A DNA stretch of 64,000 nt, taken from assembly GCA_042216495.1 (NCBI GenBank), contig JBDGTU010000022.1, positions 1,208-65,207 of the forward strand. Direction: 5' to 3'. This DNA is from Haloferacaceae archaeon (GTDB taxonomy: Archaea; Halobacteriota; Halobacteria; Halobacteriales; Haloferacaceae). The notes under the pieces were generated by a model that had not been told where the DNA came from, did not search any database, and worked only from the letters and a program-made list of their open reading frames with translations. Below are positions 1 to 8,763 of this stretch, in pieces. Within the stretch, counting starts at the first letter, position 1. Every line of letters begins with the position of its first letter. The translations under genes and the position numbers were made by a program.

Positions 1-1293
1 AGTCCGAGCGAGCGGCGGTCGGTACTGTACTCCATCGCGGACGCCGTCGACGAGCACGCCACGGAACTCGGGCGACTGGAGACCCGACAGAACGGCAAAC
101 TCCTCCGCGAGATGGAGGGACAGATGGAGGTGCTGGGGGAGTGGTACCGCTACTACGGGAGCCTCGCCGAGACCGAACGCGGCGACACCGTCCCCGTCGA
201 GAACAAGGACGGCGAGATGCGCAACTACGTCGAACACGAACCGTACGGCGTCGTCGGGGCCATCACGCCCTGGAACTCGCCGCTGTTGCTGACGACGTGG
301 AAACTCGCGCCGGCGCTGGCCGCCGGCAACGCGTTCGTCCACAAGCCGAGCGAACAGACGCCGGTCAGCGCCCTCCGGTTCGCCGAGATTCTGAGCGAGG
401 AGACCGACCTCCCGGACGGCGTCTACAACGTCGTCACGGGCGCGGGCGAGACGGGCGCGGCAGTCACGGAACACGACGGCGTCGACAAACTCGCGTTCAC
501 CGGGAGCACGGCGACGGGCCGGAAAGTCGGCGAGGCCGCGGGGCGGAGGCTCATCCCCGTCTCGCTGGAACTCGGCGGCAAGAGTCCGAACGTCGTCTTC
601 CCCAGTGCGGACCTCGACAACGCCATCAACGGCGTCGTCAAGGGCATCTTCGCGGCGACGGGACAGACCTGTCTCGCCGGGTCGCGCGTGCTCGTCCACG
701 AGGACGTCCGCGACGAGTTCGTCGACCGGTTCACCGAGCGGGCGCGCGAGGTCGAACTCGGCGACCCGATGGACCGAAGCACCGAGATGGGGCCGGTCGC
801 CTTCCGCGACCAGTGGGAGAAGGTCAGGAAGTACATCGACGTCGGCACGGAGGAGGGGGCGACGGTCGCCTACGGCGGCGAACGCCCCGCGGACCTGCCC
901 GGCGAGTGTTTCATCCAGCCGACGGTCCTCGTCGACGTCGACAACGAGATGCAGGTGGCGCGGGAGGAGATATTCGGCCCCGTCGCGAGCGTCATCACGG
1001 TGAGCGACGAGGCCGATGCCATCGAGACGGCCAACGACACGGAGTACGGCCTCGCCGCCGGCGTCTGGACCGAGGACGCGCGGCAGGCACACCGCGTCGC
1101 CGGCGAACTCGATGCGGGGACGGTCTGGATAAACGAGTACCGGACCGTGTCACGCCGGACGCCGTTCGGCGGCTTCAAGGACAGCGGCCTGGGACGCGAG
1201 AACGGCGCGGAGGCGCTCGACGAGTACCGGCAGGCCAAGTCCATCTGGATGGACCTCAGCGGCAGCGTCGATGACCCCTTCACGCTCGGCTGA
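1..1293 (+). CDS. Aldehyde dehydrogenase family protein (5' end outside window)
   Basis: Frame is open from base 1. Motifs: PWNSP, KPSE, FTGS, catalytic LELGGKSP, GQTC (catalytic Cys), EEIFGPV, PFGGFKDSG. Confidence 0.95.
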   Translation, partial: SPSERRSVLYSIADAVDEHATELGRLETRQNGKLLREMEGQMEVLGEWYRYYGSLAETERGDTVPVENKDGEMRNYVEHEPYGVVGAITPWNSPLLLTTWKLAPALAAGNAFVHKPSEQTPVSALRFAEILSEETDLPDGVYNVVTGAGETGAAVTEHDGVDKLAFTGSTATGRKVGEAAGRRLIPVSLELGGKSPNVVFPSADLDNAINGVVKGIFAATGQTCLAGSRVLVHEDVRDEFVDRFTERAREVELGDPMDRSTEMGPVAFRDQWEKVRKYIDVGTEEGATVAYGGERPADLPGECFIQPTVLVDVDNEMQVAREEIFGPVASVITVSDEADAIETANDTEYGLAAGVWTEDARQAHRVAGELDAGTVWINEYRTVSRRTPFGGFKDSGLGRENGAEALDEYRQAKSIWMDLSGSVDDPFTLG

Positions 1294-1316
1294 GGGAGAC
1301 GTTCGACGCGAGGGCG

Positions 1317-1610
1317 TCATCCGAGCGGGAGCGCCCGTTCCAGGAACCGCTGCCAGGTCTGTACGCTCTCCTCCCACGTCTGCCAGGCGGCACACCAGAG
1401 TTCGGGCGGTCGGCCGTCGGTGCCGTCGCCGTCCAGCGACGGCCGCGTCGTGACGACGGACTCACACTCCGGACAGAGATACCGCGTTTCGCGGGCCGAT
1501 TCGACGAGACGCCAGTCGCCGTCCGGTCGGCTCCGATGGCCACAGCCCGGACAGAAGAGCGTCGACTTCGCCGGCGCGTCGCCCGTCGCCGGAGGGTCCG
1601 ACTCGCTCAT
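1317..1610 (-). CDS. Small CPxCG-related zinc-finger protein
   Basis: 97 aa with CPGCGH and CPECES knuckles, typical of haloarchaeal small Zn-finger proteins. AT-rich TATA-like tract upstream (about 1660-1672). Confidence 0.75.
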   Translation of the reverse strand: MSESDPPATGDAPAKSTLFCPGCGHRSRPDGDWRLVESARETRYLCPECESVVTTRPSLDGDGTDGRPPELWCAAWQTWEESVQTWQRFLERALPLG

Positions 1611-1714
1611 ACTGACGGGAAGGGGCGGGAGAGGGAAAACCTCTGCCTATGAGAGGGCCATACACATTAAACACTTAGAGGAGGTCCGTATCCGGCGGAT
1701 TCGCGCCACGCACG

Positions 1715-2692
1715 TCACGCTTCGACCGCCGACTTCCAGACGTGGTAGACGTCGCCGTCGTCCCGAACGTACCGGCCGGCGTTCGGCACCGTCGGGAGCG
1801 TCTCGACGGTCGACAGGAGCGCGGAGAACGGCTCCGACAGCGGGCGCTTCTCGCGGTAGGCCCCCTCCTCGACGGCCGTCCGGAGCAGGTCGCGCTGGTC
1901 GGGCGTCGACGCCAGCGACGCGAGGTCCCGGACGTACGACGAGCGGAGGTGTTCGCGGAACGCCGCGGCGGACGTCGCGACTTCGTCGAGCGAGTAGCGG
2001 ACGTCAGTCGCCGTCACTTCGTCGGTTCGCTGGAACGCGACGTCGAAGGCGTCGTCGCGGTAGGCGACGGTGACCGCGCCGTCGGCGACGAACCGCGAGT
2101 CGTTCGCGGCGCTCCGGTTCTCGAACGCGTAGAAGAACGTCCCCGCGAACGGCGTCCCGCGCTCGCGATACTCCTCGGTGAGGGCCTCGTCGAACACCGA
2201 CTTGTCGACCGGCGACAGGTCCGCGTACGGTACGGCGTCCGACGGCTGCGTCGAGCGCGTCTCGACGTGGAACCGGTGGACGGTGAGCGACTCCTCCGCC
2301 AGTACGTCCTCGCGGACGCGATAGAACGTCCCGTCGATTCGGACGAACGGTTCGCCCGGGAACGGGAAGCGGTCGCTCCGCCTCACGCCGTCGAGCGTGA
2401 CCGTCCCGTTCGCCCGGAGTCGGTCCAGCGTCGCTCGCTGTCGGTCGGTCAGCGCCGACCGCGTCTCGACGGCCGCGTCGGCGACGTCCGAGAGGGCGAC
2501 GCGTTCGAGGTGGAGCGAGACGGTCGACGGCTGGTACGTCGGGCGGGGCGTGGTGGGTCCGGGGGAGGGCGGGGCCGTCGCGGTGGGCGTCGCCGGCGGC
2601 GTGGGCGTCCCGCGGCCGTCAGAACCGAGACAGCCAGCGAGGCCGAGTGCTGCGAGACTTCCAGCCCGTAACAGCGCTCGTCGCGTCGGCAT
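1715..2692 (-). CDS. Tat-exported lipoprotein of unknown function
   Basis: Start reassigned to ATG 2692: MPTRRALL...LAGC (twin-Arg plus lipobox), then a Pro/Thr linker and three similar domains. Confidence 0.8.
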   Translation of the reverse strand: MPTRRALLRAGSLAALGLAGCLGSDGRGTPTPPATPTATAPPSPGPTTPRPTYQPSTVSLHLERVALSDVADAAVETRSALTDRQRATLDRLRANGTVTLDGVRRSDRFPFPGEPFVRIDGTFYRVREDVLAEESLTVHRFHVETRSTQPSDAVPYADLSPVDKSVFDEALTEEYRERGTPFAGTFFYAFENRSAANDSRFVADGAVTVAYRDDAFDVAFQRTDEVTATDVRYSLDEVATSAAAFREHLRSSYVRDLASLASTPDQRDLLRTAVEEGAYREKRPLSEPFSALLSTVETLPTVPNAGRYVRDDGDVYHVWKSAVEA

Positions 2693-2756
2693 AGTGACGG
2701 TACGTGGACGCGGAGGATTGATTTTGTGGAACAGTCGCGACGAATCGGCGCGGGTC

Positions 2757-3356
2757 CTACTGCGTCTCGGCCTCGCCGACGCCGTAGTCGCCGCCGTACC
2801 TGATGAAGAAGTACGCCAGTGCGAGGACGGCGACGAGGACGCTCGCCGCGGCGACGGCAATCGACTTCGCGGTGTCGGAGACGGCCGGCGCGCCGCCGCC
2901 GCCGCCGGACTCCTGTGCGCCCCCCTTCTGGACGGTGACGGTCCCTTTCATGCCGACGGCTTCGTGTGGGATGCAGAAGTACTCGTACGTGCCCGTCGTC
3001 TCGAAGGTGTGTTCGTAGCTCTCGCCGCCGGGGATGTTGCCCTTGCTCGGGTAGGCGTTCCGCGCGGCCTGTTCGCTGTCGAAGCCGCCGCTGGCGAAGT
3101 AGGCGGCTCCGTCGGGAATCTTGTCCTCGTAGGCGGTGACGCTGTGGCCGACGGTGCCGACGTTCTTCCAGACGATGGTGTCGCCCGGGGCGATGGTGAT
3201 CTCGGCGGGGACGAACTTGAGCTGGTCGGTCATCTCGACCGTGTGCGTGGTCGCCTCCTGTGCCGTCGCCGTCCCGGCGGCGGTGGTCGCCGCTGCCGTG
3301 CCCGCGGCGGCGGTGAGGAACCCTCGTCGGGAGACGGAACGAGTGTCGTCTTCCAT
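2757..3356 (-). CDS. Halocyanin-like blue copper protein (plastocyanin/azurin family), membrane anchored
   Basis: SRRGFL Tat signal. Type-1 Cu ligands H(SV) and C-IP-H-EAVG-M. C-terminal transmembrane helix. Confidence 0.92.
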   Translation of the reverse strand: MEDDTRSVSRRGFLTAAAGTAAATTAAGTATAQEATTHTVEMTDQLKFVPAEITIAPGDTIVWKNVGTVGHSVTAYEDKIPDGAAYFASGGFDSEQAARNAYPSKGNIPGGESYEHTFETTGTYEYFCIPHEAVGMKGTVTVQKGGAQESGGGGGAPAVSDTAKSIAVAAASVLVAVLALAYFFIRYGGDYGVGEAETQ

Positions 3357-3411
3357 AGCGGGGGGTAGCGCACCGACCTACGAAAAGTTGACTATCGACA
3401 CCGGGCCGGCG

Positions 3412-4290
3412 TCACTCGTCCCAGACGGCCCATATCGACAGTGAGAGCGACCCTGCGAGCCAGATTCCCAGTCCGACGAGGTTCGCGGCGGGGACGGCCG
3501 CGCGGACCGACGGCGACGACACCGCGCCCACGACGGTTTCGAGGACGAGCCCCCGGAACGCGCTGTTGGGACTGAGCGCGAGGACCCACTGGAGCGAGCC
3601 CTCGCCGACGACGCCAGCGGCGAGGGCGGCGACGACGCCGACGTCCAGGCCGACGACGAGGACGACCAGGAAGCCGAGGCCGAGGGCGACGGCGGCGCGG
3701 ACGCTGTCGGCCGTCGCCGAGACGGCGAGCGCGACGCCCAGGCAGACCAACGAGAACAGCGCCGTGAGGACGAGAAATCGGAGATAGAGGAACGCGGAGT
3801 CCGCGCCGGCGTGCGTCGCGAGGACGCTCGACTGCGTGCCCCCGACGAGCGGGACGAGTGCGGCCACCAGGAGGAGTGGGACGAGGACCACCGCCAGCAA
3901 CGCCGTCACGCGTCCGAGGTAGACGCCGAGGACGAACGTCGTCTTCGAGAGGGGGTAGGTCTGCAACACGTCGAGTTCGCCGCGCCGTGCGTCGCCGAGG
4001 ACGGCGCGGTAGCCGAAGGCGACCGCGAGTGCCGGCACCAGTACCTCCACGTACGTGAGCAGGTCGAGTATCAGCGGCAGGTAGCCGGACGCGCCGCCGG
4101 TCACTGCGAGCGCGACGACGAGGGCCGCGTAGCCGACTGCGAGCGCCGCGTACGCCCGCGTCCGGACGACGGTTCGCAGTTCGCGTCCGACGACGGCGAA
4201 CAACTGGTCCGTGTCGAGGGGGAACTGCCTCGCGAAGGAGTCACGGCCCGCGTCCGCCGTTTCGCCGCCGTCCGGGCACGCATCGGTCAC
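3412..4290 (-). CDS. nosY: ABC-2 type permease, NosY-like
   Basis: About 6 hydrophobic helices, RGELDVLQTYPL and LALSPNSAFR motifs. Overlaps the stop of the upstream ATPase gene. Confidence 0.8.
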   Translation of the reverse strand: MTDACPDGGETADAGRDSFARQFPLDTDQLFAVVGRELRTVVRTRAYAALAVGYAALVVALAVTGGASGYLPLILDLLTYVEVLVPALAVAFGYRAVLGDARRGELDVLQTYPLSKTTFVLGVYLGRVTALLAVVLVPLLLVAALVPLVGGTQSSVLATHAGADSAFLYLRFLVLTALFSLVCLGVALAVSATADSVRAAVALGLGFLVVLVVGLDVGVVAALAAGVVGEGSLQWVLALSPNSAFRGLVLETVVGAVSSPSVRAAVPAANLVGLGIWLAGSLSLSIWAVWDE

Positions 4291-5051
4291 TGGCCCTCAC
4301 CTCCGGCCGTCCCCGAGCGAACCGTCAGGTCGGTGTCGCCGGAGACGTAGTGCCGGAACGCCTCGGCCAGGGAGTCGGCGTCCGCCTCGGCGACGAACTC
4401 GTCGGGCGGGCCGCTGACGACGATGCGCCCCCGGTCGAGCAAGACCACGTCGTCTGCGTTCTCCGCCCCGAGGAGGTTGTGCGTCGCCAGCACGATCGCC
4501 ATCCCGGACTCGGCGAGGTCGACGAGCACCTCGAAGACGTACTCGGTCATGCGCGGGTCGAGGTCGCCGGTCGGTTCGTCCAGCAGGACGAGCGACGGGT
4601 CGCCGAGGGTGGCCTGTGCGATGCCGAGGAGGCGGCGCATCCCGCCCGAGAGGGCGTCGACGTTCCGGTCGCGCGCGCCCGCCAGTCCGACCCGCTCGAT
4701 GGCGGCGGCCACGTCGACGTCCGTCGGCAGGAGGTCGGCGTAGAACCGGAGCGTCTCCTCGACGGTGAACACCGGCCGAAACGACGGCTGCTGGGGGAGA
4801 TAGCCGACCGCGCGCCCGGAGCGACTGGTGACCTCGACCGTGCCGTCGGTCGGCGAGAGCAGGCCGGCGACGATGCGAAGCAGCGTCGTCTTGCCGGACC
4901 CGTTCGGCCCGACGAGCGTCGTCATCGTCCCCTCGGACACCTCGAACGAGACGTCCCGAAAGACGGTGACGTCGCCGAAGGCGTGTCCGAGGCCGTCGAC
5001 CGTCGCGACCGTTCGTCCCTGCGCCTGCGTCCGTCGTGATTCCTGTGTCAT
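4287..5051 (-). CDS. nosF: ABC ATP-binding protein, NosF-like
   Basis: Start reassigned to ATG 5051 (ATGA overlap with the nosD stop). Walker A GPNGSGKTT, signature LSGGM, Walker B LLDEP, H-loop. Confidence 0.88.
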   Translation of the reverse strand: MTQESRRTQAQGRTVATVDGLGHAFGDVTVFRDVSFEVSEGTMTTLVGPNGSGKTTLLRIVAGLLSPTDGTVEVTSRSGRAVGYLPQQPSFRPVFTVEETLRFYADLLPTDVDVAAAIERVGLAGARDRNVDALSGGMRRLLGIAQATLGDPSLVLLDEPTGDLDPRMTEYVFEVLVDLAESGMAIVLATHNLLGAENADDVVLLDRGRIVVSGPPDEFVAEADADSLAEAFRHYVSGDTDLTVRSGTAGGEGQ

Positions 5052-6955
5052 CGTTGGGTTTCGTTGACCGCGGCCGGTCGCACCGGGCGAGCGAGCGGTC
5101 GGTTGTCGACGACGCCCGTCTCCCGGAGGCCGGGGACGACGTCCTGTAAACTCCGGAGTGCGGCGATGGCCGGCGACCGGGCGAGCGTCGGCGCTCCGGT
5201 CACCCGGTCGATCCGGCTGTCGACGGGACCGGTGGGCTTGAACGACCGTTCGAGGACGCCGTCGGCGTCGGGGTCGCGGCCGGGTGCGCCCTCCCAGTAG
5301 TTGCCGCCTTCCTCGCCGGTCCAGACCCGTAGCGGGCCGATGACCGCGACGACGTAGCGGTCGTTGCCGACGAAGTCGTTGTGGTAGACCCGGTTCGTCG
5401 GAATTATCGAGGAGGCGCGCGCGCCGATGTCGTTGCGGGCGAGGACGTTCCGGACGTAGTAGGAACTGCGGGAGACGACGTCCATCCCGTAGCCGTTGTT
5501 CACGAGGACGTTGCCGGCGACGTACGAGGCGCTTCCCGCGACGCTGATGCCCGCCTCGCTCCCGTGGACCTCGTTGCCGACGAGGGCGTTGCCCGTCGGT
5601 CGCGTCATCACGACGACGCCGATGTTGGTGTCGACGGCGACGTTGTCCGCGACCAGAGCGTTCGAGGTGTACATCTCGTGAGTGCCAAAGCGCATCCCCT
5701 CGAAGTAGTTGTCGCGGACGACGAGGCCGTGTGCGAGGTGGGTGTAGACGCCGTCGCGGCCGCCGTAAAACGACGAGTTCTGGACGACGATACGCGACTC
5801 CATCACCATCACGCCCATGAAGCCGTCGACCCACTTCTCGCTGCCGTGGACGGTCACGTCGTCGACGACGGCACCCTGCGTCGACCGAACGACGAACCCG
5901 TTCGCGGGCGTCGTCACGTCGACGCCGTGGACGTAGGACCCGTTCGCGCCGTCGAGGACGACGCCCGCGTCGCCGTAGCCGTACCCCATCTGGACGCGGT
6001 AGTCCCAGTCGTCGGTCCGGTTCCCGGGGAGTTCCGACACCGTCGTCTCGTTGCCGACGCCCGTGATGCGGACGTCGACGACGCCGACGCGGGGCGCGTA
6101 CGCCTTGACGACGCTCCCCTCGCCGTCGCCGACGAGGTGCGTCTCGTTGCCAGCGCCGCGGATTGTCAGGGGTTTTCGAACCGTCACGTTGACGCCCTCG
6201 TACGTCCCCGGCGGGACGCGAACCGTCGTGTTCGGCGGTGCCGCCTCGACTGCCGCCGCGAGCGTCGGAGCGTCCTCGCCGACGACGACGGAGACGGGAC
6301 GACCGGTCGTCTCGCGGGCCCGGGCGACGCTCTCGTTGGCCCACGCCCGGCGCGTTTCGACGTCGGCGCGCATCCGCGAGAGCGTCCGTTCGCCCGTGCC
6401 GAAGGACGTCCGCCGGAGCGTGTCCCAGCGCACGGTTCGCCCGCCGTAGCGGTCGGCGAACTCCGCGGCCGCACCCTCGTTGCCGAACGGGACGACGGCG
6501 GGACCGCCGGGCGTCCGTGCACGACTGCCGACGACGAAGACGGCGTCCTCGACGGGTATCCAGTCGCCCCGGCCGATGCTCTCTTCGGTCGTTCGGAGGT
6601 AGCCCGCGTCGGTCAACTCCACGCCCTCGCCCGCGAAGTTGGTGACGTAGACGACCAGCGGCATGCCGAACTGGTCTCTGGCCGCCTCGCGCCCGAGTTC
6701 GTCCACCATCGAGGAGACGCCGTAGTAACCGACGACGTAGCGGTACTCGGAGTAGAACACCTGCGCTCGCGGAATCTCGACGTGCTCGGCCCGGGCGCTG
6801 ACCGTCGCGTTCCCGGTCATCCCGATTTTGATGGTGTCGTCGAACGCCACCGGGTCCGGTCGCTGGCTCCCGGAGACGTCGACGGCGAACGAACCGCTCG
6901 ACAGGAGCAGGAAGGCGAACACGGCGGCCAGTACGGTTCTCGGAGCGAGGTTCAT
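5048..6955 (-). CDS. nosD: NosD-family beta-helix protein with an N-terminal NosL-like domain
   Basis: Signal peptide, NosL-like segment (WIPVEDAVFVVGS...VVPF...EFADRYGG), then beta-helix repeats with RDGVY, RFGTHEMY and GNYW motifs. Confidence 0.85.
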   Translation of the reverse strand: MNLAPRTVLAAVFAFLLLSSGSFAVDVSGSQRPDPVAFDDTIKIGMTGNATVSARAEHVEIPRAQVFYSEYRYVVGYYGVSSMVDELGREAARDQFGMPLVVYVTNFAGEGVELTDAGYLRTTEESIGRGDWIPVEDAVFVVGSRARTPGGPAVVPFGNEGAAAEFADRYGGRTVRWDTLRRTSFGTGERTLSRMRADVETRRAWANESVARARETTGRPVSVVVGEDAPTLAAAVEAAPPNTTVRVPPGTYEGVNVTVRKPLTIRGAGNETHLVGDGEGSVVKAYAPRVGVVDVRITGVGNETTVSELPGNRTDDWDYRVQMGYGYGDAGVVLDGANGSYVHGVDVTTPANGFVVRSTQGAVVDDVTVHGSEKWVDGFMGVMVMESRIVVQNSSFYGGRDGVYTHLAHGLVVRDNYFEGMRFGTHEMYTSNALVADNVAVDTNIGVVVMTRPTGNALVGNEVHGSEAGISVAGSASYVAGNVLVNNGYGMDVVSRSSYYVRNVLARNDIGARASSIIPTNRVYHNDFVGNDRYVVAVIGPLRVWTGEEGGNYWEGAPGRDPDADGVLERSFKPTGPVDSRIDRVTGAPTLARSPAIAALRSLQDVVPGLRETGVVDNRPLARPVRPAAVNETQR

Positions 6956-7125
6956 GGATTTCCGTCGCTGACGTGGCGGCGATTGGTCGATGCCCGCCTG
7001 TCGTATCTACTTCGACCGTCCAGCGTAGTATACGCTTGTGGTCGACGCGTCGAATCCGCGTGTCGCCTGGTTGGTGACTCGAATCAGCCTAGGTGTATAA
7101 TTCGTCGGGGCAACCTCGTAGAGAC

Positions 7126-7713
7126 ATGGAGTTCGGGCCTCACGACCACGACTGTTCGCACCACATCTCCCGTCGAACCGCCCTCCGCGTCGGCGGTGGC
7201 GTCGCCGTCCCCGCCCTCGCGGGCTGTCTCGGCGGCAGCGGTGGCGGCGTCCCCGACCCAGTGGCGCTCACCGGTTCGGTGTCGTGTGACGTCTGTGGGA
7301 TGGTCATCGCGAAACACCCCGGACCGGACGGACAGATATTCTACCGGAACGAGAGCCCGGAGGGACACGACAATCCCGCGCGATTCGACTCGCTGAAGCA
7401 GTGTTTCTTCCCGTACAAACTCGAACACGAACGGCGAGGCTGGGAAATCGCCGCGGCGTACGTGACCGACTACTCGTCGGTCGACTATTCCGTCTCGGGC
7501 GACGGCGAGCAGTACATCAGTTCGCACCCGGCGGCGTCGGCGTTCGCCCCGGCCGAGGGACTGTCCTACGTCGTCGGCAGTTCGGTGAAGGGCGCGATGG
7601 GTCCGGACTTCGTGCCGTTCTCTGATTCGGCGGACGCGGACTCGTTCGCGAGCGAATACGGCGGCGACGTGATCGCGTACGGCGACATCGACCAGGGACT
7701 CATCGGGCGCTAG
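7126..7713 (+). CDS. nosL: NosL copper-chaperone lipoprotein
   Basis: SRRTAL...LAGC Tat lipoprotein. CDVCGM, HPGP, GAMG-PDFVPF and EYGG motifs. TATA (TATAATT about 7096) about 28 nt upstream of ATG 7126. Confidence 0.9.
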   Translation: MEFGPHDHDCSHHISRRTALRVGGGVAVPALAGCLGGSGGGVPDPVALTGSVSCDVCGMVIAKHPGPDGQIFYRNESPEGHDNPARFDSLKQCFFPYKLEHERRGWEIAAAYVTDYSSVDYSVSGDGEQYISSHPAASAFAPAEGLSYVVGSSVKGAMGPDFVPFSDSADADSFASEYGGDVIAYGDIDQGLIGR

Positions 7714-7733
7714 CGGGGGACGCAATCGACGCG

Positions 7734-7774
7734 AGCCGAGCGTCACGTCGAGGTTAGCCGAGCGTCACGTCGAG
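7734..7774. repeat. 19-bp direct repeat AGCCGAGCGTCACGTCGAG duplicating the 3' end of the ZIP gene
   Basis: Identical copies at 7734-7752 and 7756-7774. Confidence 0.85.
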
Positions 7775-8551
7775 ATAGAGCATGACGACGACGCCGACCA
7801 TCGTGCCGAGCGTCGCGACGCGTTCGTGGCCCCGGGAGTGCGTCTCCGGGACGATCTCGTCGCTGATGACGAACAGCATCCCGCCGGCGGCAAACCCCAT
7901 CGCGTAGGGGAGTATCGGGCCGGCGACCTGGACCGCGTACGCACCGAAGACGGCCAGCGGAATCTCGACGAGACCCGAGCGGACGCCGGTGAGCGTCGCG
8001 TAGAAAGTCCGGTCGAAGCCGGCGTTGATGGCGGCGACGGAGACGGCCAGCCCTTCGGGGACGTTCTGGATGCCGATGGCGAGCATCAGGGCGAGAGCGT
8101 TGCCGAGGTCGCCGGAGCCGAACCCGACGCCGACGGCGAGACCCTCGGGCATGTTGTGGAGCGTGATGGCCACGATGAAGAGGACCACCGACGCAGCGCG
8201 GGGATGTGGGTCGGGCGAGTCCGGGCGCGTGCGTCCCGTGACGAGGACGTGGACGTGCGGGACCCACACGTCCGCCCGGTCGAGGAGGGCGACGCCGAGC
8301 GCGAAGCCGACGAGGACGGGGACGACGCCGCCAGCCTCGATGCCCGGGAGGATGAGACTCGTGAACGAGGCGGCGAGCATGATGCCCGCAGCGAAGCCGA
8401 GGGCGACGTCGAGTGCCCGCTCCGTCGGGTCGGACCAGACGAGGACGAGGGCCGCGCCGAAGAGGTTGAACAGCGCGATGACGACGCCGCCGGCGAGCCC
8501 CTGCATCACCGGATTCGTGCCCACCAGTCGGACGAACGGGTCCACTAACAT
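7754..8551 (-). CDS. ZIP-family (ZupT/GufA) divalent metal transporter
   Basis: Start reassigned to ATG 8551. GFAAGIML, HNMPEG, QNVPEG and EIVPE motifs. About 8 TM helices. Confidence 0.93.
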   Translation of the reverse strand: MLVDPFVRLVGTNPVMQGLAGGVVIALFNLFGAALVLVWSDPTERALDVALGFAAGIMLAASFTSLILPGIEAGGVVPVLVGFALGVALLDRADVWVPHVHVLVTGRTRPDSPDPHPRAASVVLFIVAITLHNMPEGLAVGVGFGSGDLGNALALMLAIGIQNVPEGLAVSVAAINAGFDRTFYATLTGVRSGLVEIPLAVFGAYAVQVAGPILPYAMGFAAGGMLFVISDEIVPETHSRGHERVATLGTMVGVVVMLYLDVTLG

Positions 8552-8763
8552 CGGCGGCGACTCCCGGGTGGTGTCACTCCGGACCCGGGGGATTCGGCGC
8601 GATTCGACGCCCGCGTCACGACCATTGCCGGGGCTACACCGAGGACGGACAAATAGTTGTGCCCGCGTGCCAGTCAGTCGCACTGACGCATCGGGATGGA
8701 TAGTCGTTTCCGGTTGTGGGAAAACGGCGAAATCACTTTGGGCGGGCGAACGCTATTGCTGCT

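Noticed and set aside
5052-6344. Apparent 685-aa ABC ATPase with a long N-terminal domain
   Set aside because: The extension is an Arg-rich alternative frame of nosD. The real start is ATG 5051.
3412-7713. nos genes as evidence of N2O respiration
   Set aside because: The catalytic subunit nosZ is not in the window, so denitrification cannot be inferred.
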